DNA of 64,000 nucleotides. It comes from Octopus sinensis (Eukaryota). Shown here one piece after another: positions 13,664 to 26,049 of the stretch. The DNA lies in NCBI RefSeq assembly GCF_006345805.1, contig NC_043007.1, positions 77,190,001-77,254,000 on the forward strand. Reading direction: 5' to 3'. The notes below the pieces were generated by a model. It was not told where the DNA came from. It made no database searches and saw nothing but the letters and a program-made list of their open reading frames with translations. Within the stretch, counting starts at the first letter, position 1. Each line of letters opens with the position of its first letter. The position numbers and the translations under genes were made by a program.

Positions 13664-14060
13664 TGCTGGTGTAAAAGTATACACAATTAGTCCTAATATA
13701 GGCACGCACAAGCCCTGAAACTTTTGGGGAGGTGTGCTCTTCGATTACTTCGGGCCGAGTACTGAATTGTTACTTATTTTATCGACCCCGAACGGATGAA
13801 AAGTAAAGTCGACCTCAACGGTATTTCAATTCTAAGCGAAAACACGAGCGAAATGGTGCTCAGAATTTTGTCCGGTGCAGCAACGATGGCCTTTCATCCT
13901 TGTGGGGTCGATAAATTAAGCACCGATGAAGCAATAGAGGCGATGCAATCGACTACTCCCCCCTCCCCCAAATTTCAGGCCTTGTGCCTATAATAGAAAG
14001 GATTATTATAATAATGTTTATTAACAAATGTTTGAAATGTTATTTATTTGTTTCCTACAG

Positions 14061-14215
14061 AGGCACAGGAGTGGCTGTGTGGTAAGTAGCTTGCTTACCA
14101 ACCACATGGTTCCGGATTCATCCCACTGCGTGGCACCTTGGGTAAGTGGATTTGGTGACGGAAACTGAAAGAAGCCCGTTCGTTTGTAGTATATATATAT
14201 ATATATATATATTAG

Positions 14216-14248
<33 letters not shown>

Positions 14249-14493
14249 TATGTATGTATGGTATGTATGTGTGAGTATATGTTTACGTGTCTGTGTTTGT
14301 TCCCCCAGCATCGCTTGACAACCGATGGTCGTGTATTTACGTCCTTGTAATTTAGCGGTTTGGCAAACGAGATCCGAGAGAATAAGTACTAAGGTTTACA
14401 AAGAATAAGTCCTGGGATTGATTTGCTAGACTAAAAGCGGTGCTCCAGCATGGCCGCAGTCAAATGACATAAACAAGTAAAAGAGTAAATGAG
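14061..14493 (+). mobile_element. SINE family M (tRNA-derived, internal TA/TG microsatellite, LINE-like tail)
   Basis: Head GTGGCTGTGTGGTAAG...GGATTCATCCC; internal (TA)n/(TG)n; tail GCGGTGCTCCAGCATGGCCGCAGTCAAATGAC...AAGTAAAAGAG. Confidence 0.9.
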
Positions 14494-14569
14494 TACGTTA
14501 AAGTCTATTTGTTTAAGTTAGTCTTTCATCAGTCATTCTGTGTTTTTCTTCTTTTTACACGTTATATCG

Positions 14570-15345
14570 GTTTCCAATTTTGGCAGAATGCCAACAATTT
14601 TGCTGGAAAGAATATATCGATTACATCGATCCCTGGGTTCCTCAACTGGTAACTATTTTATTGACCCAATCAAAGGATGAAAGGCAAAGTTGACCACGGT
14701 GACATTTGAAATCAGAACATAAAAGTGTGAGGAAACGGCACGTAGTATTTTCCCCGCTGCGTAAGCACTTTGCTAGCTTGCCGCCTTGTTTTTATATACA
14801 ATGATAGTTTCAAATTTTGGCACAAGGCCAGCAATTGTTTTAGATAGGAGTATGTGTATTACATCGACCCAAGGGTTCAACTTGCAATTTTTTTATTGAC
14901 TCCAGCGGGATGAAAGCTAATCGACTCTTCTGATGAAATGTCTCTAAACATTCTGCACGGCGTGCTAACGATTCTTATTTCTTTATTGCCCACAAGGAGC
15001 TAAACACAGAAGGGACAAACAAGGACAGACAAACGGATTAAGTCGATTACATCGACCCCAGTGCGTAACTGGTACTTAATTTATCGACCTCGGCGGAATG
15101 TGAACTCAGATTGTAACGGCAGACGAAATACCTATTTCTTTACTACCCACAAAGGGTAAAACATAGAGGGGACAAACAAGGACAGACAAACGGATTAAAT
15201 CTATTACATCGACTCCAGTGCGTAAGTGGTACTTAATTTATCGACCCCGAAAGGATGAAAGGCAAAGTCGACCTCGGCGGAATTTGAACTCAGAACGTAA
15301 CGGATGACGAAATACGGCGTGCTAACGATTCTGCCAGCGTGCCAT
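14570..15345 (-). mobile_element. Tandem array of SINE family N units
   Basis: Several head-to-tail units; junction GAAATAC|CTATTTCTTTACTACCC at ~15125-15148. Confidence 0.85.
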
Positions 15346-15807
15346 CTTGCTTTTACATTGGATATTACATTCAGAATTTGACACAAAGCTACCAAGTTTG
15401 GTTGACGTGCCAAGTCGATTACATCGATTCCGGTACTCAGTTTATTATTAATTTAAACTAATTTAAATCAAAATACTTCTTTGTTTTGATTCACTTATAA
15501 GTTTCTGCCCATGCTGGGGCACCATCTCCTGAGTTGTCATCATCGAACAAATCTGTTCGCGTACTTAGAATTTTTTAAAAGTCTAGTGCAAATTCTGTTA
15601 GGGATTTTTTTTTCTGCTGAACAGCTTTGTTACAGAAAGTAAACAAAGAAACAGCCGGTTGACAAGCAGAGAGATATGAATCCAATCCGCAGCCTCTATA
15701 CCCTTATACACAGACCCACACATTTATGTCTAAGTATATATATATAGATGTATATGTATGTATATATATATATATATATATTATTTATATATTGATTATT
15801 ATTATTA

Positions 15808-15840
<33 letters not shown>

Positions 15841-16138
15841 GATATCACTGTGATCACCGTGACCGAACAGCTATCAGATGTTGCTACACATCGCTGATCA
15901 CAATGCGTTCGCATTGTTTTAGCTTTCAAATGACGACGCTGGCTAAGCGAGCAGGCCAATAGAAGAAAGACTGAAAGTTGTGGCGAAAGAGTACTGCAGG
16001 GATCACCCCCCCCCCTGCCGGAGACGCGTGGAGCATTAGATGTTTTCATTCAAAAAACATTCACAACGCCCGCTCTGAAAATCGAAACCGCGATCCTACG
16101 ACCGCGAGTCCGCTGCTCTAACCACTAGGCCATTGCGC
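15841..16138 (-). mobile_element. SINE family R, tail type B
   Basis: Head and body match 4583-4760; the tail (GGCCTGCTCGCTTAGCCAGC...GTCACGGTGATCACAGTGATATC) is unrelated to tail A. Confidence 0.88.
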
Positions 16139-16285
16139 ACACACATATATATATATATGTGTGTGTTTGTTGAAATGAAAAGATGAATTTTCTTGTTACA
16201 GATTATTCAACCATGGGCTCTTAAGGAGCGTCCTCGTTCGAATTGCTTTGCTGCGCCTCTGTTTTGTTTTGTTCTGTCAACGTAA

Positions 16286-16390
16286 TTCCTGCTTTTTCCT
16301 GAAGAGAAAGCTGCAATATGGTATCCTTATTTAATCAGAATTTGGAAAATTGTGGCCTTTGAAACATGTGTAGAATGTAATAAAAGGAAT
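16286..16390 (+). ncRNA. Type-I hammerhead ribozyme fold in a ~280-bp element (~16160-16435) between microsatellites
   Basis: CTGAAGA (16299-16305); stem II AAAGCTGCAAT/ATTGTGGCCTTT; GAAA (16361-16364); CATGTG; TA; AATAAA shortly downstream. Homologous to the element at 51866-52225. Confidence 0.7.
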
Positions 16391-16447
16391 TCTGTACAAT
16401 CTTCGTTCAACTCCATTTCTCTTTCACTAATTAGATATTATATATAT

Positions 16448-16496
<49 letters not shown>

Positions 16497-17158
16497 TTGT
16501 ATTATATATATATATGTGTTGTGTGTGTATGTATGTATATATGTATGTATGTATGTATGTATGTTGTATGTATGTATGTATGTATGATGTATGTATGTAT
16601 ACACAGTGTAAACACTCACAGGTTAGGTTTCCTCACATCTTCCGTCTACCAGATTCACTCTCAAGGCATCGGTAGATCAGGCTCTGTCTATACTAGAAAA
16701 CAACTCTTCTAATATACATTATGATTTTAACATAATATGTCTTAGAAGAGATTTTTTTTTTTAGAGAGCGAAACAAGAAAGAAAAAAAACCATTATGTTT
16801 TTTTTTTTCAGTTGTGCATGTGTATGTATATATGTATAGAGACCTTGAGGTAAGTGTTTGCCGATGTAATGTGTGTGTGTGTGTGTGGTGTGTGGTGTGT
16901 ATGTGTGTGTGTATGTGTGTCTGTGTGGTATGTGGGTGTGTCGCGGGAGGGGTCTGTGTTTACATATATATGGGGAGAGATAGAGAAACGGAGAGAGAAA
17001 GATAGATAGGTAGGTAGAGTAATGGATAGATGCATACATACATACATACATACATACATACATACATGCATCCATGCATATTCACATATGGATATATACC
17101 TGAAAACACACACAAACACACGCACACACATGCAAACACATTTCTATATATACACATA

Positions 17159-17189
<31 letters not shown>

Positions 17190-17822
17190 GCATATGTGCA
17201 TGAATATATATATATATATAAACATGCATACATATATTTAATTCATAGACACATATATGTGTATGTATGTATATATATTTATATAGATATATATGCATGT
17301 ATCCATGTGTATGTAAGTGTGTGTGTGAGTGTGTGTGTGTGTATGTGTGTGTGCGGGTGTGTGTGTGTGTGTGTGTGTGTAATGTGTATAAATACATTCA
17401 AACATGCATATACACATACATGAGTGGCAGATCAATAGATAGGTAGAGAGAGAGATATGCCGATAGACATATAGGGAGAGATACAGAACTTAGATAGACT
17501 CTACGTGTATATATGTGCGTGTGTATATTCATGATTTTGTCAAATTCCTGTGATAAGACAATAAATTTCCGCCTTCATGGCACCAGACTTTGTATAACAT
17601 ATCTGCAGAGATCTAGAACGCATAGAAGTACATGAATGGCAAAATTTCGGCACACGCATCGTGCATAAACCATATTGCATATTCGTCAAACGCACACGTG
17701 TGTGCACTCGCACAACCACCCACACAGCTAACAAAGCGTAACAAGAATCATATATGTGCACACATACATGTGTATATGTGCTTCTACATAAAAGCATGTG
17801 TACAGACATGCATACGTAAGTG

Positions 17823-17901
<79 letters not shown>

Positions 17902-18035
17902 GTATACAAGTATACATATGTATACATATATACATATATGTACACACATTTATATATAAATATTATGGTATTATATCTATAATATATATATATATATATA
18001 TACACATATATATGTGTGTGTATATATATACATAC

Positions 18036-18096
<61 letters not shown>

Positions 18097-18710
18097 CTTA
18101 GACACCAGGAAGATAGAAATATCCATTTGAACACAAATTTACTTATATATATATATATGCATAATACAAAGATACATGCATATGAATATATATATAAATA
18201 AGCATAGACGGTGTCATATACATCTACACACATGCAACGACACATACTCACACAAATTCATACACACATAGACATGTTTATAAATGCATATACATGCATA
18301 TTTACGCATATAAATGCATGTATGTATATTGTGTATGCATATATGAATATAGTTATTCATATATTTATACACGTATACTTATTTATTCAAATACGTGTGT
18401 ATATTTGCATGAATGTGTGTATGAGAATGTGAATGTGTGTGTGTATGTTTACTGCATGTATGTATATATACGTGTGTGTGTGTGTGTGTCTATGTGTTTG
18501 TATGAACCTGTGTAACAGGAATTTCTTTGCTGCCAAATCTGAAACAGAACTTTAGTTTGTATTTGAACACAGTGACACAGCTATAAATATATTTGATACA
18601 TTTACGCGGCACACACACACATACTCTCACACACACACACACACGCACACACATACAAACATACAACACTGACACACTTTACGTGCACATGCACCGACAC
18701 ACGCACACAT

Positions 18711-18762
<52 letters not shown>

Positions 18763-19424
18763 TATAAAACACGTATATGCTTATATAAATGTATTTATTT
18801 GCCAGCGTATTTGTACATACATACATTAAATACATGCATACATAGAAAAATTCCTACACACATGAATACACACATACGCTCAACACAAATACACAACACC
18901 ACACAAACATATATATATATATACATATAAAGTATGTGGTTAGGATGTTGAACTCCCGATCGCAAGGTTTTAGTTTCGATTTCCAGTGCGGTGGTGCATT
19001 GTGTTTTTGTGCAAAACACTTCATTTCACGTCGCTCCATGGCGTTCCGTTCAAGACGAATATTGGTCTGCATCGAAGCTTGCTTCAGCATCAGCAGAATT
19101 TGATAATAGGGACAAAATATTCAGAGTGCTTAAGAGTGCTGCAAAGCAGGTCTCCAGAGAAGTAATCACCCACTGAGGCAAGTGTTTTGGACCTTAACCT
19201 CTTACAATCTAAGGGATCTGAGCTGCTTGCAGGTCATGTGGCCTTCTGTTGAGGCATTTTTGGCTCTTAGATATCGGAGACTGATGCATTTAAACCATTT
19301 TGGAGATTTCATCACTCTGGAACCCATTTCCGTTGACTCAGGTTTCAAATTTATACTTAAATAGGAAATATATATTTAATTTATATTAAGCGAATTTGTT
19401 CTACATTTATAGATCTACAAGATC

Positions 19425-19608
19425 AGGCATGGATGTATGGTAAGAAGCTTGTTTTTCAGCCACATGGTTCCAGGATCATCTCACTGCGTGACAACTTGGC
19501 CAGGTGTCTTCTACTATAGCTTCCGGCCGAGTAAAGGCTTGTCAGTGGATTTGGTTGACGGAAACTGAACGTACACCGTCGTAATATATGTATATGTATA
19601 TGTATATG

Positions 19609-19676
<68 letters not shown>

Positions 19677-19880
19677 TGTGTGTGTCTGTGTCTGTGCCCT
19701 ACCACCGGTGTTGGTATGTTTACCTCCCTGTAACCTGGCGTTTCGGCAAAAAGGAACCGATAGAAGTACTATTCCTCAAAAAATAAGTCCTAGGGTCGAC
19801 ATATTTGACTAAAACCCTTCAAGGCGGTCCCCCAGCATACCTACAGCCAAATGACTTAGGAAAGTAAAGGATGAAAGAAA
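19425..19880 (+). mobile_element. SINE family M copy
   Basis: Same head, internal (TATATG)n/(TG)n tract and tail as 14061-14493. Confidence 0.85.
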
Positions 19881-19924
19881 AGATCTACGAGGCACCAATA
19901 CTTTCTCTAATATTTCAGTTTAGT

Positions 19925-20360
19925 AAGGCGGCGAGCTGGCAGAAACGTTAAGCACGCCGGGCGAAATGTCTTGCGGTATTTCGTCTGCCGTTACGTTCTG
20001 AGTTCAAATTCCGCCAAAGTCGACTTTGTCTTTCATCCTTTCGGGGGTCAGTTAAATAAGTACCAGTTACGCACTGGGGTCGATATAATCGACGTAATCC
20101 GTTTGTCTGTCCTTGTTTGTCCCCTCTGTGTGTAGTCCGTTGTGGGCAGTAAAGAAATAAGAAACGTTAGCACGCCGGGCGAAATGCTTAGTGGTATCTC
20201 GTCTGTCTTTACGTTCTGAGTTCAAATTCCGCCAAAGTCTACTTTGCTTTCATCCCTTCGGGTTCGATAAATTAAGTATCAGTTGCGTATTGTGGTCGAC
20301 CTAATGGGCTGGTACCCTCCCCCAAACTTTCGGGCCTTGTTCCAAGTGTAGAAAAGAATA
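19925..20360 (+). mobile_element. SINE family N dimer
   Basis: Full head AAGGCGGCGAGCTGGCAGAAACGTTA. The second unit joins at AAAGAAATAAG|AAACGTTAGCACGCC (~20160). Confidence 0.9.
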
Positions 20361-21014
20361 TTTTAGTTTTGCTTTCAAATCCCACTGGCAGACGGGAAAT
20401 CAGTATTTCCCTCGGGTGCCCTGAAGTTGAGCGCCTGTGATTGTAGTACTTCTGTGCATGTGTGTAGGAACTGGTTCCCTATAAGACAGTCATGTCCAGA
20501 GAGCATACTTGTGTGTGTTTGTATGTACGTGTGTGTCTGTGAGTGTGTTTGTGTGTGTTTGTGTGCGTGAGTGTTTCTGTGAGTGATTGTGTGTTTGTAT
20601 GTACGTTTGTGATGTGTGAGTAAGTGTGAGTGAGTGTGTGCATGTGTGAACAAGTTTGTATGTGTGTGTGAGTTTGTACATACATACGTACTTATATACA
20701 TGTCTTTATATATACATATATACAAGCATTATTGCTGTTTTTATCGCGAAATGCATGCACACGTATGTACAGGAATTTTACATTTCAAAAATACGTTTAC
20801 ATATTTAATATTATGATATATGCACGTGCATGTCCATGCCTATTTGTGCATGTGTATATGTGTGAGTCGACTTTGCCTTTCATCCTCTCGGGGTCGATAA
20901 ATTAAGTACCAGTTACGCACTGGGGTCGATGTAATCGACTTAATCAGTTTGTCTGTCCTTCTTTGTCCCATCTGAGTGTAGCTCCTTGTGGGTAGTAAAG
21001 GAATAGGTATTCAA

Positions 21015-21175
21015 GAATCTGAAAGAAGCCACTTGGAATGCCTCCACAACGATGGGTAGACGGTTTATCAACCAATTTTGGTCAAGAGGGAAAAGAATGG
21101 TGCAATCAAGAGAGAATTGGAAGCACATTATAACCAGTGGTGAATAACAGCAGCTGATATTATGATACTGTGATC
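21015..21175 (+). mobile_element. 3' fragment of an RTE-like LINE
   Basis: Translates KKPLGMPPQRWVDGL then, after a frameshift, QSRENWK. This resembles the C-terminal KRxxGRPxxRW...QxRxxW motif of RTE ORFs. Confidence 0.45.
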
Positions 21176-21314
21176 GTTGTTTTCAGATAAATTTGTTTAT
21201 ATTTTCCTACTTGGCACGCTGACATTATACGTCTGAAAAGAGAAGCAGAGATAAAAGTTATGAATTTATTCAAATTTCAGAAACGATAAACAAAAGTTGT
21301 AGAGGAAGAGTAGA

Positions 21315-21345
<31 letters not shown>

Positions 21346-21350
<5 letters not shown>

Positions 21351-21775
21351 ATTCATTTACACACACGCCAGCTGAATTCAATTCGTCCCCAGTCGAAAGA
21401 CACCTGTTGTTATGTCCTGTTGTTGTTGTTATTATTATTATTATTATTGTTGTTGTTTTTGTTGTTGTTATTGTATTTTGTATTTATATTCTTGTAACAT
21501 CGTCTGTTTTATCATCCTTGTTTTCATATACATTCGATGCTTTCTTCCAAGGAATCTAATGCTCTTAGCTTAGCTTTTCCTTGGGCTGGCCAGATTGGAT
21601 CAATCTAAAGATTAATCAGCCGAAATTGCGAGGATGATCCGGTTCTTAGCTGAGGATAGAAAACTTCGAATGACCCGTCCTTGTTTTTTTTGTATCGTCT
21701 GTCTGAATGTTTTGTTGTCCCTTTTTGTATCACCTAGTTGTCTGGATGCTTTGCGTTCTTGTCCCATTTTGTATT
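21346..21775. mobile_element. Unclassified ~430-bp element flanked by (TA)n on both sides
   Basis: Complex sequence bounded by TA tracts. It contains a GGCTG...CAGCC stem followed by GAAA-TTGCGA but no recognisable CUGANGA. Confidence 0.4.
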
Positions 21776-22623
21776 ATATATATAATATATATATATTATA
21801 TATATATATATACATGTATATTTAACAAGCTGGAGCATCGCCTTGAAAGATTTGGTTGAACAAATCGACCTCATTACTTATTTTAGAATCTGGTACTTAC
21901 TCTATCAGTTTCATCTTTTGCCGAACCGCTAGATGCTGGAGACGTAAACAAAGCAACACCAGTTGTCAAGTAGTGATAGGAACAAATGCACGTACACACG
22001 CACACACCACACACACCACACACCACATACGCATTCACACAAATATGTACATATATTTACTGCGGGCCTCTACATAGTTTCCGTTTACGAAATTTCATTC
22101 ACCAGGCGAAAGGAGGAGATACTTGTCACTCAGTGGTTTCAAACCCAAAACCACTTGGTTGCAAAGGGATATTTTTAACCACACTCTTGAACTTTAGAAT
22201 ATGTTTGCCTAGTTTCATTGCTCAGCTTACGCATTGTATTTTTGGTAACTCTTTTTGACTGAAAACCAGCTATTCAAAATCTCCTGTACAACGTACCAAT
22301 GTAAATTTAGAGGATGTCTAAAGAGAGAAAACGTAGCTTTCGTACCCATTGTCACATTCTGAATGGTTTTGTAAAGAAATATTCTCATCTTTAGAAGAGT
22401 GACCTCTGTAGCTGTACTTCGTATTTTATTATTTCTTTCTTGTATATGGTCTCTGTAGTTGCAATTGGTAGAATATCCCTTGTATTTGAATGTATGTATG
22501 TGTTTCCACAATAGAAGTAATTTTGTTTTTTTTCTTTTTCTTTTATTACTTAATCGAACGTATTCTTGCCCGCAAATTGCAAGCCTCACGCCACATTCGA
22601 AGGCACACGTGTATTTAGTCATG

Positions 22624-22657
<34 letters not shown>

Positions 22658-22805
22658 TGTATGTATGTATGTATGTATGTATGTATGTATGTATATGTAT
22701 TATGTATGTATGTATGTATATATATATATATATATATATACTCACATATATATACATATATAATATTATACATATATATATATTATATTATATATATTAT
22801 ATATC

Positions 22806-22854
<49 letters not shown>

Positions 22855-23413
22855 AATGTATGCATATATGAAAGTATGCGTTTGTTCATGTCTGCATTTA
22901 CTGCTGGTTGGTTTCTAAATGCTATTTTAACGGCTCATTGGCAAGGTTGTATAGAACGTATATTTTAAACAAAGTGTTTCCGTTCTTTTAACTGATCTTC
23001 TGTGCAAAACTTTCATTTTCTAACCTTTATGTACTTCTTGCAGACTTTTAGCAAGATCATCGGACCGGCCATTTGCAAAATCGGTGGCGAAGAATTCTCA
23101 TCGGAGCATGTGACTGGGCATTGAAAAATCCCCAAATGGCCGAAATTTTGAGTTTTAGCTTCACTCTGATATTTATAGTGTTTTTAGCACCAAACGTTCA
23201 TATCAGATGTTACCTCAAGAGAACTACCGAAGTAGTTATCGACGTTGTGTATACTTTAAGTATGATACCTAGATGGACAATTTAAGTTAATCGTGTTTCG
23301 GTTGCGTATACCAGATTTAGGAAACAAAAAAATGCGCACTACTTTGACCAAGATGATTTAATACACACTTCACTCCAACAATAACAAATATAAAAATGGA
23401 AGCGTATTTTGGG

Positions 23414-23833
23414 GGATCTTTTCGGTTTGAACGGCAGTTTTTAACATAATTCCTAGGTAACTAAAAAAATTTTAAACTTCGTATATTGCTAGAATGTACT
23501 TTTAAAACATCTTTTTCTCTTGGCTTTATTGAGAAAATTCTATAGTTTGTAAGATATTTGTGGTTTTTTCTTCAATTTCTGCAATTTCAACCAATCACTG
23601 ACGTCTATTGAGTTAAAAAGCATTCTGTGCCGTATGAATATGTACCTCGTTTAAGAAACAGATTGGGTTTATTTACATTTGTGAAGAAAAAAAGATACCC
23701 TTCCCCCACCCATAACCCTAACCCTAACCCTAAAAGAGATTGAAATGCAATAGATTGATTCTAAGGTCATAATTATGGGTGACAATTTCATATGACACCG
23801 CTAGAAAAACTGCCGTTCAAACCGAAAAGATCC
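23414..23833. mobile_element. MITE (420 bp) with perfect 29-bp TIRs, 8-bp TSD and internal (CCCTAA)3
   Basis: TIR GGATCTTTTCGGTTTGAACGGCAGTTTTT at both ends; ATTTTGGG duplicated at 23406-23413 and 23834-23841. Confidence 0.95.
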
Positions 23834-23989
23834 ATTTTGGGTACTATCCAGAAAGATTATTTTATGTACTGTGGTTTTCTAACTATATTAACATCGTGGG
23901 CAGCTAGATTCCAAAACTGATCACTTCCTTATATTTCGTGGTTCCAAACAGCAATACGAAGTCGGTTCTATATTCATTTTATGAATTTG

Positions 23990-24505
23990 CTTATAATTGT
24001 AGCCTTAGATTCCAGCTATATTCATTTTATTTCATCGTTCCTTGTATCCCTATCTATATTTGTTCTTATGTCTTACTCTATTTTAGATTTTTTTGCTGGC
24101 TACTAGGAAAGGGTATATCTGGAGGATATTTTCTCACAGTTGACAATGACGTGGTTGGTCTGTTCACTTCATTCCTATTTTCATTGTGAGGTAATTTTCT
24201 ACGTTTTCTATAGAAAGTAACGTGTGAATTTCTCGTTCCTGTATTCCTAGGAGCAACTTTCAAATTAAGATGTTATAATCACGCTTACACTCTGTGTAAG
24301 AATTTTAGTGTTGCTTGTATATATTTTGTATATAATTTGTATATATTGTGTTTGTATACATTTGCACGCATTGAGGTTTGTACAAACCTCCATATATGCA
24401 AATATATTTTGTATGCAAAGTAGTTGGTGCTGGTTTCTTGCACCAGAATTACATAGGGACAGCATTCAAGGTAAGACGCAATAATCATGCATATACTCTA
24501 CGTAA
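23990..24505 (+). mobile_element. Decayed, internally deleted Penelope-like element (RT and GIY-YIG remnants)
   Basis: Motifs in the expected order: DVVGLFTS (RT DVxSLFT), SIYANIF (PxYANIF), NYIGTAFKVRRNNH (YIG...FKxR..NH). Confidence 0.6.
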
Positions 24506-25154
24506 GGGATTAGTGTTGTTTGTTCTCTCCATGATGTACGTATTTCGTTTCAAAAACATATCGACACATAATTTCTGGGTCAGCTCGTCCATTATTGTTT
24601 TTATTATTTGTTGTTTCGCTGGTAATTATCCTTGGAGAGAGATCTGTGTCAGTTTCCATTCCATGCTTTTTCTCGGGTTTATAACTGATCCTAATAAAGT
24701 TTATATGTTCGTGCTCTCAAACCGGCATGACGTAATAATTGACTATTTTTCTCTACTGCAGATGTTGCTTTAATGTTACATAATAGATATTATATAATAT
24801 TTATTACAGCTTTGTGGCCATTGCCGACATATCAGCGAGATATAATCCAACAGCTTCCAAATGGTATAAATTTCTGCGTAGTTTCTGAATTCCAGCATCC
24901 ATCTCTTTGTGTTCTTAACGTGATCAAGGCAGTAGTTCTTATAACATTTTTTTTTTCATTCGTTCTTTTTACATTCCCTCATACCATTGTATCCAATTTA
25001 TTATGTTTGTATATCAGGCTTTTGAAAGTTCCACTATATATCCTTCTGTCGCAACGTACATGTCTGTCTGCCTGCTTATCTACCAGCCCGTCTGTCTCTT
25101 TGTAGTAATATATGCATGTTTGAGTACGTGTGTATATATACATATATATATATG

Positions 25155-25189
<35 letters not shown>

Positions 25190-25680
25190 CGTCTTCTGTT
25201 TTAAATTATTTTAAGTATTTTTTTTATATTGAAGAAGCTGGTTTCTAACAAAGATTCAAAGAAGCCCCGTCGTTGGAATGTAGGTAACAAAAACAAATTT
25301 ACGTTTCGTACTTGAGAAAAATCTTGCTTATTTTTACTGTTACACTTACACATCGTATTCGTAATATGTAAATTAGCTGGTTGATCAATTTTTCTGGAAA
25401 CTAAAAATTTGTTTAGATTGGCACTGCAGCATTTACTAACAAAACTAAGTATATCAAATATCATTAGTATAAATTTTCATTTATAATCTGGGTATAGAAG
25501 TTGAAGGTTTCGAAGCAGTTGTACATAGTTATCCTCTTTCTCTTCGATTTTCATTAGAAAGGTTACAGACCTCGATGACGGTACATGCTTTTTCGTATCT
25601 GTCCTAAACAACGATATCCAGACTGGATTTAGTAGAAGTTATGAAGTTATGATGGAAATTTTAGAAACAAAACGATAAAC

Positions 25681-25982
25681 ATCGCCCTTTTCAAGCCTAG
25701 CCAGGCTCATGGGCCCGGTTTCCCGGTTTCTGTGGCGTATGTGTTCCCCCAGCTGGACGGGACGCCAGTCCATCGCAGCGTTACTCAAAAAACAGAAAGA
25801 GAGAGTGAGAGAAAGTTGTGACCAAAGATTACAACAGGGGTAGCCACCAACCCCTGCCGGAGCCTCGTGGTGCTTTAGGTGGTTTCGCTCAATAAACACT
25901 CATAACGCCCGGTTTGGGAATCAAAACCGCGATCCTACGACCGCGAGTCCGCTGCCCTAACTACTGGCCATTGCGCCTCCAC
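25681..25982 (-). mobile_element. SINE family R, tail type C
   Basis: Head matches 4583. The tail GAGTAACGCTGCGATGGACTGGCGTCCCGTCCAG...CAGAAACCGG resembles my recollection of the Meta domain; related copies at ~1380-1490 and ~39410-39520. Confidence 0.88.
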
Positions 25983-26015
25983 TTATGTATGTATGTATGT
26001 ATGTATGTATGTATG

Positions 26016-26049
<34 letters not shown>

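Noticed and set aside
23010-23125. Strong-looking splice acceptor (CTAAC branch point, pyrimidine tract, TTGCAG)
   Set aside because: The downstream frames I read close quickly, with no recognisable protein and no convincing donor. It cannot be supported without RNA-seq.
23710-23735. (CCCTAA)3 as a telomere or chromosome-fusion relic
   Set aside because: It lies inside a MITE bounded by TIRs and a TSD.
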